A stretch of DNA of 64,000 nt from contig CP070669.1 of NCBI GenBank assembly GCA_020351835.1, forward strand, positions 102,782-166,781. The letters run 5' to 3'. Below, one piece after another: positions 9,035 to 18,110 of the stretch (within the stretch, counting starts at the first letter, position 1; every line of letters starts with the position of its first letter). The notes beneath the pieces are model-generated. The model had not been told where the DNA came from and did no database searches. It worked only from the letters and a program-made list of their open reading frames with translations. The DNA comes from Nitrospirota bacterium (GTDB taxonomy: Bacteria; Nitrospirota; Thermodesulfovibrionia; Thermodesulfovibrionales; BMS3Bbin05). Made by a program: the position numbers and the translations under genes.

Positions 9035-10266
9035 ATGATGCCCTCTATATTCTCATCAGATATGTACTTTGAAATGAATATCGGTTCAACAACATGCCTT
9101 CCCTTATCTTTCTTCAGCCTCACCTCCCCACCACCGGTGATGTTGAGCAATATCTTATCGTTCCTTTTTACTTTATCTTCTTTAGTTGCCCTTAAAAGTG
9201 CTGCAACAGCAACTCCTGACGCAGGAACTATGTCTATTCCTTCCGCCTTCTCAAAAAGGTCCATCGCCTCTATGACCTCATCGTTCTCTATTCCATACAT
9301 CATACCACCCGTAGACTTTAAAGCATCATATACCCCGCCCTGAACCGAATACGCAGGATATCTGTTAGATAGTACCCTTGTGGTTATCTCAGATATAAGT
9401 TCCGGTCTTAGGTCATTCGGGGAGAGCTCACTGCTTCGGGACTCCCATGCTTTGACCATCGGCGCAAAAGGAAGGTTCTGTGCCAGGTGTAACCTGGTCA
9501 TATGCGATCCGTACTTTCCTGTCCTTAGAACTCTCTCGGCCATCTCCCATACCCCGATAGCCCCCGTTCCGCTCCCCACTGCCTGAAAGTAATGATCAGG
9601 AAGTTGCCTCATCACAGAAACCGCCTCCAGAAGAACTGCTCCGAGCCCATCCCTTTTAGCTATATTTTTGACCCCACCTTCAAAAGGCATATCCATTATC
9701 CGGGCTATCCGCTTTGCCATATCGATAGAATCTGCATAATCCCCATCCTCAATAGCGATCGTCGGAATGGCCAGTGATGATTCCAGATACCACATCTCAA
9801 GAAGGCACATCTTCGGCACTACAATGATGACAGGAAATCCGGAAATTACCGAAAGATGGGAAAAGGCCCGTGCAGTATTTCCAGCTGATGCCACTATAAG
9901 ACCCTCGACACCATTTTCTTTTGCATTTTGAAGGACTGCCGCAGCCTCGAACTCCTTGAACGTACATGACTCTATCTTTCCTCCCCTCTCAGGCCAGTAA
10001 CCGTTGAAAGCTATATAAAGGTTTTCAAGCCCTGCCGATGACGCGAACCTCTCAGACCTGAACACAACAGGGCCTGGCTGTTTGAACAAAGGGTCATGTA
10101 CTGGCAACCAGTCAAATCTCCACAGCCCTTCCCTGTCAGACCTGAAAGGGTCTTCAGATGAATATTCGGTCACTAAAAGCGATCCGACACAGTGTTCACA
10201 GAAGGCGCAATATACCTCCTGTAGTTCCTTTCCGCATTTTCTGCACCTTATATTAAAATGGCTCAT
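9010..10266 (-). CDS. Threonine-synthase-family PLP enzyme, cysteate-synthase-like
   Basis: N-terminal Cys cluster CRKCGKELQEVYCAFCEHC, candidate PLP lysine in TFKEFEA, GSGTGAIG loop, 418 aa. Translationally overlapped (25 nt) with the decarboxylase gene. Confidence 0.55.
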   Translation of the reverse strand: MSHFNIRCRKCGKELQEVYCAFCEHCVGSLLVTEYSSEDPFRSDREGLWRFDWLPVHDPLFKQPGPVVFRSERFASSAGLENLYIAFNGYWPERGGKIESCTFKEFEAAAVLQNAKENGVEGLIVASAGNTARAFSHLSVISGFPVIIVVPKMCLLEMWYLESSLAIPTIAIEDGDYADSIDMAKRIARIMDMPFEGGVKNIAKRDGLGAVLLEAVSVMRQLPDHYFQAVGSGTGAIGVWEMAERVLRTGKYGSHMTRLHLAQNLPFAPMVKAWESRSSELSPNDLRPELISEITTRVLSNRYPAYSVQGGVYDALKSTGGMMYGIENDEVIEAMDLFEKAEGIDIVPASGVAVAALLRATKEDKVKRNDKILLNITGGGEVRLKKDKGRHVVEPIFISKYISDENIEGIICDHLKKS

Positions 10267-10287
10267 ATTATCTTTCCTTACAGGAGA

Positions 10288-11490
10288 TCAAATGCATTCT
10301 GATATAAGCTCCATGATATCTACTATCGTTATCTGTTTTTTATGACCTTTCATTGCCTCGTTAACTTTCGCATAGCATGCAGGACAACTAAGTACAAGCC
10401 TGTCAGCACCTTTCTCCACAGCCTCGTCTATTGTTAGCCTGCCCATTGCGATCGCGTTCTCATGGAATATCTTCCTGGCCGCCCCTCCCGCCCCGCAACA
10501 CCTGGAATTTCTCCCGTGTGCATCAAATTCAATAAGTTCTGCTCCATCAATATGCCTTAATACCTCTCTCGGCTCTTCTATTACACCAACACCTCTGCTT
10601 AAGTAGCATGGGTCATGGTATATGATCTTCTCTTTAAGTCCTTTGCTTAACTTCAATCTCCCTTCTTCCAATGCTTTTTTAACATACTGAGAGATGTGTA
10701 CTATCCTGAACGGCAGTTCACTTCCGTAAAAGATAGGCCAATCTCTGGACATAATGTTCACGCAGCAGGGGCAGGAACAGACAAGTTCCCTCACACCCTT
10801 TTCAGCGTAAGCACTAACAAGTTTATTGGTAAGCTCCTCAAGCATTTCATGCTGCCCAGTTATAAAGAGCGGAAAGCCGCAACATACCTCTTTATCCGCA
10901 GAAAGCATTGTGAACGGTTCACCTATAGCATCAAGAACTAAAACATCGCTCCTTACCATCGGATGAGCTTCATAAGCCCCTGTGCAGCCTGCATAGTATG
11001 CGATCTCGCTTTGCTCAGCTATCTTTATTTCATCAGGGAACCATGTCTTGAACCTTTCTTCAGCAGGTTCGTTATACGGATTTCCGGTGTCAGAAATTGC
11101 CTTCTGCATTTCACGCTGAGCACCGAAGGGGCCGATACCTCTTTTTACCATCTCCCTTCTTAAAGCCGGCCACAGCCTCTGGGTATCAAGTCCTACAGGA
11201 CATATCTCGCCACAGGCACCACAAGTTGTACACTCAAACACCGCCTCGGCAAAATCCTTAAGCAGCTTTTCATCAATATCTTTTTTGCCGAATATCCTTG
11301 CTTTCAGGCTATCAGTACTGTCAATGAACTCCTTATAGATCTTAATTTTCTCAGGTGTTGAGATGTCGGCATTTCCTGTTACCATCTGCACAGGGCAATG
11401 CTTCAAACACTCCCTGCAATCCGTGCAGCCCTTTATCTCCATGACCTGCTTTTTCGAGAGGTCTTTTATGAAAGATCTTTTATTCTTCAT
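10288..11490 (-). CDS. HdrD/DsrK-like iron-sulfur protein (2x[4Fe-4S] ferredoxin motifs plus two CCG domains)
   Basis: CTDCRECLKHCP and CTTCGACGEICP motifs. CCG motifs: VCCGFP...CSCPCC and RCCGAGG...SCPAC. Confidence 0.85.
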   Translation of the reverse strand: MKNKRSFIKDLSKKQVMEIKGCTDCRECLKHCPVQMVTGNADISTPEKIKIYKEFIDSTDSLKARIFGKKDIDEKLLKDFAEAVFECTTCGACGEICPVGLDTQRLWPALRREMVKRGIGPFGAQREMQKAISDTGNPYNEPAEERFKTWFPDEIKIAEQSEIAYYAGCTGAYEAHPMVRSDVLVLDAIGEPFTMLSADKEVCCGFPLFITGQHEMLEELTNKLVSAYAEKGVRELVCSCPCCVNIMSRDWPIFYGSELPFRIVHISQYVKKALEEGRLKLSKGLKEKIIYHDPCYLSRGVGVIEEPREVLRHIDGAELIEFDAHGRNSRCCGAGGAARKIFHENAIAMGRLTIDEAVEKGADRLVLSCPACYAKVNEAMKGHKKQITIVDIMELISECI

Positions 11491-12202
11491 GTCCCAAAGG
11501 TACGAACGTATCGTCCCGTTCTCTCGCTTCGATCATTACTATGGGGGCTGCGAGTATATGAGATGGGAGGAACAGTAAGAGCACAAGAAATAGAATATAG
11601 TGCAATAAGAACACGGGATCAAGCGGCAAAGGATTAGGATCGAATGCAAGAACTCCAAGTACGTAATGCTTGATGTCGATCACATCGGGCCTCACAAAAT
11701 ACCTCATTATCACTCCTGTTGCTCCCAAAATGAATATAACCGATACCAGAACAAGGTTGCGTACAGAGAAATACTCTCCTTTTTCGCTGATGACCAGACG
11801 AACTATAAGTATGTATAAGAGAGACAATGGAAGCACATATCCTGCATGCTTTCCTATGCAGTTAAGCTCCATTACTATCCCGGGAACAGGTTGCATAATA
11901 TACCTTAAGTGACCTAGCAATACGAGCGCAAAGGAAACATGAAAGACCCACTCTCCTATCCATAAAGCACGATTCACTCTTAACAGCCTTCTGAATAAAA
12001 TAATATCAAGTATCGCATTTAACAATATCTTCGCTTTCTTAACACGGCTCTTTGCCAGTGGTCGATAATGCGGTTCAGAATGGCCGCATACAAGTACTAT
12101 TGCAGAAATGCCTCTCCAGTAAGCAACAGCAAGAATCCCATAAGTTATTCCCGTTACCAGTATCTCCATAGCTTTACTATAGCACGTAGATCCGTCCGCC
12201 AT
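11480..12202 (-). CDS. NarI/DsrM/HdrE-like integral membrane (putative cytochrome b) subunit
   Basis: 240 aa with about 5 hydrophobic helices carrying conserved-looking His residues (HVSFALVLLGHLRY, LLHYILF, PSHIL). There is an 11-nt overlap with the HdrD/DsrK-like gene. Confidence 0.7.
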   Translation of the reverse strand: MADGSTCYSKAMEILVTGITYGILAVAYWRGISAIVLVCGHSEPHYRPLAKSRVKKAKILLNAILDIILFRRLLRVNRALWIGEWVFHVSFALVLLGHLRYIMQPVPGIVMELNCIGKHAGYVLPLSLLYILIVRLVISEKGEYFSVRNLVLVSVIFILGATGVIMRYFVRPDVIDIKHYVLGVLAFDPNPLPLDPVFLLHYILFLVLLLFLPSHILAAPIVMIEARERDDTFVPLGHEE

Positions 12203-12226
12203 TGACAGATCTTGAGCATCGATCGG

Positions 12227-12553
12227 TCAGTCCCTGCTATCATCCGATATAAATTCGATAGATACTTTCCTGGGAACGGCAAGTCCAGCCTCGACCTCGA
12301 GCGCTTTAAGGATGCCTGCCGGTACCGGGCAGGACACATGCTTCAAGCAGTTAGAGCCCGCTGAATAGACAGGATTATCAAGGATCCTTTTGAAGGCATC
12401 CATGAAGGCCAGTTCAGGCAGTTCCTTACCAAGCTTTTCGACCATCTCGCAGTCAGAGGTTATTTTTAGATCGAAAACCTTGTCCTCTTTCCTGGTGACC
12501 TCTATCTCGGTCAGCAGGCCACATGCTCCCGGATCTATTTTTATCTTTGTCAT
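12227..12553 (-). CDS. Small Cys-containing hypothetical protein
   Basis: 108 aa with four Cys (GACG, SDCE, SNCLKHVSCP). Embedded between the activase gene and the membrane redox genes. Family not recognised. Confidence 0.6.
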   Translation of the reverse strand: MTKIKIDPGACGLLTEIEVTRKEDKVFDLKITSDCEMVEKLGKELPELAFMDAFKRILDNPVYSAGSNCLKHVSCPVPAGILKALEVEAGLAVPRKVSIEFISDDSRD

Positions 12554-12608
12554 AACAGTAAAAATTGGACCGAATACTGCCGGCTCTGATACTGACAGCC
12601 AGGCAATA

Positions 12609-14585
12609 CTACCCCTTAACCGTCACCTGAGCATTGCTCTTTTCAAGCATGTTCTTCAGGTTAGGGAAGTTGTCCTTCATGTGGGGTATATGCATCGCCA
12701 TCATGAACTCCTTTTCGAACTCCGGTTCAATAGCTATCTCCACAAAGTTCACCCATCGGGCCTTTTCCTTGGCCTCCAGCCTCTTCGCCCTGCTCAGCAA
12801 GGTCATTATGGCTCCGTCCCCGGCCGCGTTACCCACGGCGTATACTTTCTCAATATCACAGTCAGGGAACATCCCCAGCGTTAACGCCGATCTTGTATCT
12901 ATATGGCTGCCGAACGCACCTGCCAGTACAACCCGGTCAAGTGTCGTTATACCGAGCTTTTTCATCATAAGCTTTGCTCCGGCATAAAGGGCTCCCTTTG
13001 CGAGCTGAAGTGCACGCACATCTCCCTGGGTTACCGTAATATCCGCTCCGATCGATGTCTCATCAGCCCATGCAAGTACGTATTCAGGTTTGCCGTCTGC
13101 ATCCAGTCTTACCCTGGGTGTATCCAGATCCTTCACTATCTTGCCGGATTTGTCTATTATTCCTGCTTTGAACATTTCGGCGATAACATCGATTATCGCT
13201 GATCCGCATATTCCCTTCGCATCGATCTTCTCTATATGGGTATGCCAGTCCGCCTTTCCTATCACCTTGTATCTGGGCTCCTTTGTGTCCGGATCTATCT
13301 CTACTGTTTCTATCGCTCCGGGTGCAGCTCGCATTCCGAACTTTATCTGTGCTCCTTCGAACGCCGGGCCTGTAGCACAAGATGTTGAGTATACCCCGTT
13401 CCTGTTCCCGAGAAGGAGCTCACCGTTAGTTCCAATATCGATTATCAGGACCATATCATCTACGTTATAAGGTTCTTCAGCAATAAGCACACCTACATTA
13501 TCAGCGCCAACGAAACCCGCCTCTATAGGAAGCACATGCACATAGGAAGCGGGATTTATATTTATATTAATATCGCGCGCCTTAATGTCCATCGGGTCCT
13601 GCACGGCCGGAATAAATGGTGACCTTCCTATATACACCGGGTTAAAACCAAGGAATATATGGTGCATTGCGGTATTGAAAACGACGGTCATGTCCACTAT
13701 CTGGTGTCCTCCGTCCGACCCGTCTATCTTAATCTCTGAGGTTATCTTGTCGATTATTTCGTTCAATCCTCCGATTATCGCTTTCTGCATTGTCTCAAGA
13801 CCGTCACTGTTCATCATCGCGTATGTTATCCGGGACATGACATCTTCACCATATGGTACCTGAGGGTTCATCATGGACTCGGTATTAAGCACCTTGCCCG
13901 TAACAAGGTCGCATAGATAAGCTGCAACTGTTGTCGTGCCGACATCAATAGCGATACCATATGTATTCTCAATGAATCCAGGTTCAACCTTTATTATTTC
14001 CCTGCCTTCCCTGACTGTCACGGTACACTTCCATTCACCTTTGCGCAGAGCATCCTGAAGGTCCTTTTGTACCACATAATCTATGATGATCCCCTCTAAT
14101 CCGTATTGCTCCTTTAAGAGTTCTCTGATCCTTTCATAATCTCCCTTTGAGAGATCATGGAGTGTCGGGGGCTCCATCTCTATGAAATATTTCCTCACGG
14201 AAGGATCTATAGGAATGGTTATATCTTTTGCCGCTTTTCTTACGATCTGCTTTCCCGCCCGTGATTTCTCGGGAACAAATAGCTTCACATCTCCATGAAC
14301 GGTAGCAGCACACGCAAGCCTCATCTGAGGCCCTTCCTCAGATTTTATGAACTTTTTTTCAACTTCCGATAATTCGCTCAGATGCGACATCCTGGAGTCC
14401 ATTGCGTCCTTCTCAAAGTATCCTTCCTCTACCCTGACCTTGCATTTCCCGCATGTACCCTTTCCGCCGCAGATGGATTCAAGGTCAACGCCAAGACCCT
14501 GTGCTGCCTCAAGAAGCGTCTTGTTCTCCTCTATTTCACCCCTGCTTCCAGAGGGTTGAAAGTTCACTTTATATTTCTTGCTCAT
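12609..14585 (-). CDS. Corrinoid reductive activase (RamA/AcsV-type: [2Fe-2S] ferredoxin plus ASKHA ATPase)
   Basis: N-terminal plant-type ferredoxin motif CGGKGTCGKCKV...LACA. Actin-fold phosphate motifs GIAIDVGTTT and IDIGTNGE. 658 aa. Confidence 0.85.
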   Translation of the reverse strand: MSKKYKVNFQPSGSRGEIEENKTLLEAAQGLGVDLESICGGKGTCGKCKVRVEEGYFEKDAMDSRMSHLSELSEVEKKFIKSEEGPQMRLACAATVHGDVKLFVPEKSRAGKQIVRKAAKDITIPIDPSVRKYFIEMEPPTLHDLSKGDYERIRELLKEQYGLEGIIIDYVVQKDLQDALRKGEWKCTVTVREGREIIKVEPGFIENTYGIAIDVGTTTVAAYLCDLVTGKVLNTESMMNPQVPYGEDVMSRITYAMMNSDGLETMQKAIIGGLNEIIDKITSEIKIDGSDGGHQIVDMTVVFNTAMHHIFLGFNPVYIGRSPFIPAVQDPMDIKARDINININPASYVHVLPIEAGFVGADNVGVLIAEEPYNVDDMVLIIDIGTNGELLLGNRNGVYSTSCATGPAFEGAQIKFGMRAAPGAIETVEIDPDTKEPRYKVIGKADWHTHIEKIDAKGICGSAIIDVIAEMFKAGIIDKSGKIVKDLDTPRVRLDADGKPEYVLAWADETSIGADITVTQGDVRALQLAKGALYAGAKLMMKKLGITTLDRVVLAGAFGSHIDTRSALTLGMFPDCDIEKVYAVGNAAGDGAIMTLLSRAKRLEAKEKARWVNFVEIAIEPEFEKEFMMAMHIPHMKDNFPNLKNMLEKSNAQVTVKG

Positions 14586-14621
14586 TCAGCATCCTCCATT
14601 GAATTGATCGAATATTTGATC

Positions 14622-15281
14622 TTATGTCGCAACCGACCGTTGTCTCCTTTCATTGCCGTTCCTGCCGTAAGGGCAGATGTTTATACATAACCCGCAATTC
14701 GGCTTGTCATTCACCGCTTTAGAGTTCTCCTTATACGACCTGCATCGTTCTGTCATTATAAGTTCCGGAAAAGGCTCTTTCCTGGACCATGTATCACCTG
14801 TGATAGCCTTTGATGGGCAGTGCTCAACACAAAGCCTGCAATTACCGCAAAGGCTCTCCCTTATAGGTTCATCGGCCTTAAGAGGCGCATCTGTCAGTAC
14901 CGTCGCTAATGAGAGCCTCGGACCAAATCTTTCACTGATGAGAAGTCCGTTCCTGCCTATCCACCCCAGTCCGGCACAGGTTGCCGCCACTTTATGAGTA
15001 AAAAGCGGGTACAACTTCGATTGGAACTTATCCTTGATCCTGTCCGAATCCGGAGGAATACAAAAGTATCTGTGTCCCATGTCCTTAATATAAGATGCGG
15101 CAACTTTTTGGATAATGCCGATCTTTTCCAGTGTGTTCTCTTTAAGGTTACCTTTGATCCCTATAGAAATAGCCTTTCCAAGATGACTGATGTCCTCTTC
15201 GAGAGCCTCTTCAACAACGGCAAAGCCTACTATAGTGGCCCCTTCATCCAGCAGTATCTTTCGAAGGTCCTCGCCGATCAC
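14622..15281 (-). CDS. Short QueG/RdhA-family protein with 2x[4Fe-4S]
   Basis: GLGWIGRNGLLISERFGPRLSLATVLTD, followed by CGNCRLCVEHCP and CGLCINICP. Only 219 aa. There is a 4-nt overlap with the corrinoid protein gene. Confidence 0.7.
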   Translation of the reverse strand: MIGEDLRKILLDEGATIVGFAVVEEALEEDISHLGKAISIGIKGNLKENTLEKIGIIQKVAASYIKDMGHRYFCIPPDSDRIKDKFQSKLYPLFTHKVAATCAGLGWIGRNGLLISERFGPRLSLATVLTDAPLKADEPIRESLCGNCRLCVEHCPSKAITGDTWSRKEPFPELIMTERCRSYKENSKAVNDKPNCGLCINICPYGRNGNERRQRSVAT

Positions 15282-15970
15282 TCCTTGTTCTTTCCTTCTG
15301 CATCATCTTTCATCTCTTTGAGGGAACCTATCATCTTGATAGCATCAGAAAGCGCGTTAGTAGCATCATCCGCATACCCGTCCGCTCCCCATTTCTCTGC
15401 AATATCCTTTGATACCGGGGCACCACCTATCATTATTTTCACGTTCGGGTTCTTTGCCTTGAGGTTATCAATTACCTTCTGCATTCCCACCATGGTAGTT
15501 GTCATCATGGCAGACAAACATACGAGTTCCGAATCCGTCTTTATCTGTTCTTCAACGAACTGGTCAAGAGGGACATCACGCCCAAGGTCATATACCTCAA
15601 ATCCCGCGACATCGAACATCATCTTCACAATGTTCTTGCCTATGTCGTGCACATCTCCCTCGACCGTCCCTATCACCACTGACCCTTTAACCCCCAGGTC
15701 AAGCTGCTCAACGTGAGGCTTAAGTATATCCAGGCCGGCATAAAGTGCGTCCGCGCACATTAAAAGCTCCGGGACAAAGTATTCCTGAGCCTCGAACAAC
15801 TTCCCTACCTCCTGCATACCTACTACAAGTCCATCGAAAATGGCATCATTGGCATTTATACCTTCATCCAGGACCTCTTGTGCCCCCTCCTTGGCGGTAT
15901 CTTCATCATATTCTATGACCGCCTGCTTCAGCTTCTCCAGAAGCTCCTTCTTTCTCTCTTCTGTCGCCAT
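15278..15970 (-). CDS. Methyltransferase cognate corrinoid protein (B12-binding)
   Basis: Helical cap domain followed by GTVEGDVHDIGKNIV (DxHxxG), LSAMMTTT and IMIGGAP. 230 aa. Confidence 0.92.
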   Translation of the reverse strand: MATEERKKELLEKLKQAVIEYDEDTAKEGAQEVLDEGINANDAIFDGLVVGMQEVGKLFEAQEYFVPELLMCADALYAGLDILKPHVEQLDLGVKGSVVIGTVEGDVHDIGKNIVKMMFDVAGFEVYDLGRDVPLDQFVEEQIKTDSELVCLSAMMTTTMVGMQKVIDNLKAKNPNVKIMIGGAPVSKDIAEKWGADGYADDATNALSDAIKMIGSLKEMKDDAEGKNKE

Positions 15971-15973
15971 TTC

Positions 15974-17008
15974 TTACCTCCTGTGTTCTTTTACTGTGTC
16001 TATCATTGCTTTAAAATTCTCGGGCGGTACTGTAGGCCAGATATCGCATCCGGGCCATACCGCGCTAACTCCGTCATCTATACATTTTGTGATAGCTTCC
16101 CTTATGAGGTCAGGTGTCCCTGCAACGAGCACATTATAGGGATCAAAGTTCCCGAACACTAAAGCATCATTTCCAAGCTTCTTTCTGGTCTCCGTAATAT
16201 CGTTCTTTTGGTCAACACTAATGGCGTCTGCCCCCGACTCCATCATGAACCCTACGATATCATTTGTCTTACCGCACACATGAACCACGGATGGGACATT
16301 AAGCTCTTTGATGATATTTTGCAGGTGGGGCAGGATCAGGTTCTTGAAGACCCGGGGACTCAGGACATCGGATGTCGCTCCCATCTCCCTTACCGTAATG
16401 AAATCTATCCCCGCATCTTCATATACCTTAGCTACCTTAACTATAACTCCTGACAATATTTCAAGGAGCTTTCCCACCTTATCAGCTTTCTTAAAAGATA
16501 GTTTCAGCAGGTCATTAAGCTCCATTATCTGTCCGGCCAGGGTAAAAGGTCCAAGCACATATGAACCTACCGGTATCTCACCCCCGGCCTCCTTTTTAGC
16601 TATTCCTATTGCCTCGTGCATCAGGGGAACCCTGCCCCTCCCGACCAGGTCTTCAGGAACTGATATCTCCATCTCATCTTCGTTCTTTATCACCTTCTCC
16701 TTAATGGTCGGATAAAGAAGGTCCTCGGAGTGAGGATAGGTGTTGATAACCGCCCCAAGTGCTTCAGCTTCTACACACAGATCGAACGGGAGCACACATG
16801 AATCAAATCCGAACAACTTCGGCGTAGTCACCGCCGTCTCAGCCATCTGCTTAGCGTCGAGATGGACCTGGGCAAACTTATATCCCAACTCGTCGAGACC
16901 GGTAGTAGTAACATTTCCCATACCGCTGAAACAGGGTACCCTGTCGGTCTCCTCTTTCTTGAATAGCCTGGTTACTCTGTCTTTAGAGCTCATCTCAGAT
17001 ACAGACAT
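15974..17008 (-). CDS. Uroporphyrinogen-decarboxylase-family methyltransferase (MtaA/MtbA/MtsA-like)
   Basis: 344 aa. Candidate Zn ligands VVHVCGKT (HxC) and VWPGCDIWP (C), as in methylcobamide:thiol methyltransferases. Confidence 0.85.
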   Translation of the reverse strand: MSVSEMSSKDRVTRLFKKEETDRVPCFSGMGNVTTTGLDELGYKFAQVHLDAKQMAETAVTTPKLFGFDSCVLPFDLCVEAEALGAVINTYPHSEDLLYPTIKEKVIKNEDEMEISVPEDLVGRGRVPLMHEAIGIAKKEAGGEIPVGSYVLGPFTLAGQIMELNDLLKLSFKKADKVGKLLEILSGVIVKVAKVYEDAGIDFITVREMGATSDVLSPRVFKNLILPHLQNIIKELNVPSVVHVCGKTNDIVGFMMESGADAISVDQKNDITETRKKLGNDALVFGNFDPYNVLVAGTPDLIREAITKCIDDGVSAVWPGCDIWPTVPPENFKAMIDTVKEHRR

Positions 17009-17064
17009 TATTCATCTCCTTTCAATCATAATTAATGGTATACCTATCGTAAATTTGTTCCTTT

Positions 17065-18027
17065 TTATTTCTTTGCTTTCTTCCTTCCTCCGCCTTCTTC
17101 CAGCTTCTGTATGAACTCGGCAAACAGCTTTCTGATCGGCAGGTCTTCGTTCCCGGGTATCATTCCGGTCTCATCATATATAAAAGTAGACAACAGAGTA
17201 TGGGCAGTAGCCACTGCAGGGAAGATCCTCGAAGCCGTTACAATGGGCCCGTAGAAGTTAAAATCGCTCCATATGGCCGACGCCATTCCCTGAGCTACCG
17301 CATCCATGGCCCTGAAACCGTCGAGTCCCCATATCTCCCTGGCCTCTTTCCACATATGTGTGCCATTAGAGTATGCCCCCCCGCACGGCAGCCCATGCTT
17401 TTCCTTTATTATCCTGTTAGCTATCAACGAGAATGATGTCGACGGCAGGTTCATCACCGAGGTATCTACGATCACCGTATCAAAGCCATCTGCGCCCTGG
17501 GAATAGATCGATTCGAACGAGCTTAACCTTCCTGCAGGTGACTGGTCCTGGTCGTCGAACGCCTGAATAACGACATGTTTTATTCCGAGGTCCTTCAGCC
17601 GCTGGACCTGACCTTTGATGTCCTTATCCCATGGAGTAATGCTGTTATAAAGGAACTTGTCCTGTACTCCAAGCTTTGCGACATACTCTGTTGCCTTAGC
17701 CCTTTTCTCTGCTACCCACATGTCTATCCCAAAGGGCATCTCTGTCGTCTCGAGAAAGAAATCTATATAAACCTGTGCTTCCTCAGGTGTATTAGCAACC
17801 ATTGCGACCATACCGGGGATCCCGGTAGACCGGTTGAGCTCTTCCTGCTTTCTTATAAGCTCTGCTGCTCTCTTGCGGTCGAACTTGCCCGACTTTCTGT
17901 CATCAAGGATCCTGTCCTTATTATGGAACATGGACGCGATCATTAAAGGCGGGTTTTCCCCGGGTCTTCCCCCGACCTTGATCCCTGCTATATCAAAAAC
18001 CTTCTGCTCTGACTTTAAATTGAACAT
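17065..18027 (-). CDS. MtrH-like methyl-pterin:corrinoid methyltransferase
   Basis: N-terminus MFNLKSEQKVFDIAGIKVGGRPGENPPLMIASMFH closely parallels archaeal MtrH (MFKFDKKQEVFEIGGVKFGGQPGEYP...). 320 aa. Confidence 0.85.
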   Translation of the reverse strand: MFNLKSEQKVFDIAGIKVGGRPGENPPLMIASMFHNKDRILDDRKSGKFDRKRAAELIRKQEELNRSTGIPGMVAMVANTPEEAQVYIDFFLETTEMPFGIDMWVAEKRAKATEYVAKLGVQDKFLYNSITPWDKDIKGQVQRLKDLGIKHVVIQAFDDQDQSPAGRLSSFESIYSQGADGFDTVIVDTSVMNLPSTSFSLIANRIIKEKHGLPCGGAYSNGTHMWKEAREIWGLDGFRAMDAVAQGMASAIWSDFNFYGPIVTASRIFPAVATAHTLLSTFIYDETGMIPGNEDLPIRKLFAEFIQKLEEGGGRKKAKK

Positions 18028-18062
18028 CTATGCTCCTTTCAAGAAATGATGATGAGTTCTCT

Positions 18063-18093
18063 TATCAAATAAAGAGTCCTGCAAGGGCAGGAC
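18063..18093 (-). terminator. Intra-operon intrinsic terminator candidate
   Basis: Minus-strand RNA reads GUCCUGC-CCUU-GCAGGAC followed by UCUUUAUUUGAUA. Located between the AhpD-like gene and the mtrH-like gene. Confidence 0.5.
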
Positions 18094-18110
18094 GATCATT
18101 CGCCCTGCCC
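18085..18110 (-). promoter_or_regulatory. Alternative (antiterminator-like) hairpin overlapping the terminator 5' arm
   Basis: Minus-strand RNA reads GGGCAGG-N12-CCUGCCC. Its 3' arm shares 18085-18093 with the terminator stem, so the two folds are mutually exclusive. Confidence 0.4.

Noticed and set aside
12390-12884. Long antisense ORFs opposite well-supported genes (for example 12390-12884, 14994-15716, 24817-25398, 47145-47714, 51706-52284, 20600-21037)
   Set aside because: They lie entirely inside genes with clear domain signatures on the other strand. Their products are Ser/Leu/Ile/Pro-rich low-complexity sequence with no motifs, and they lack ribosome-binding sites. These are typical shadow ORFs.
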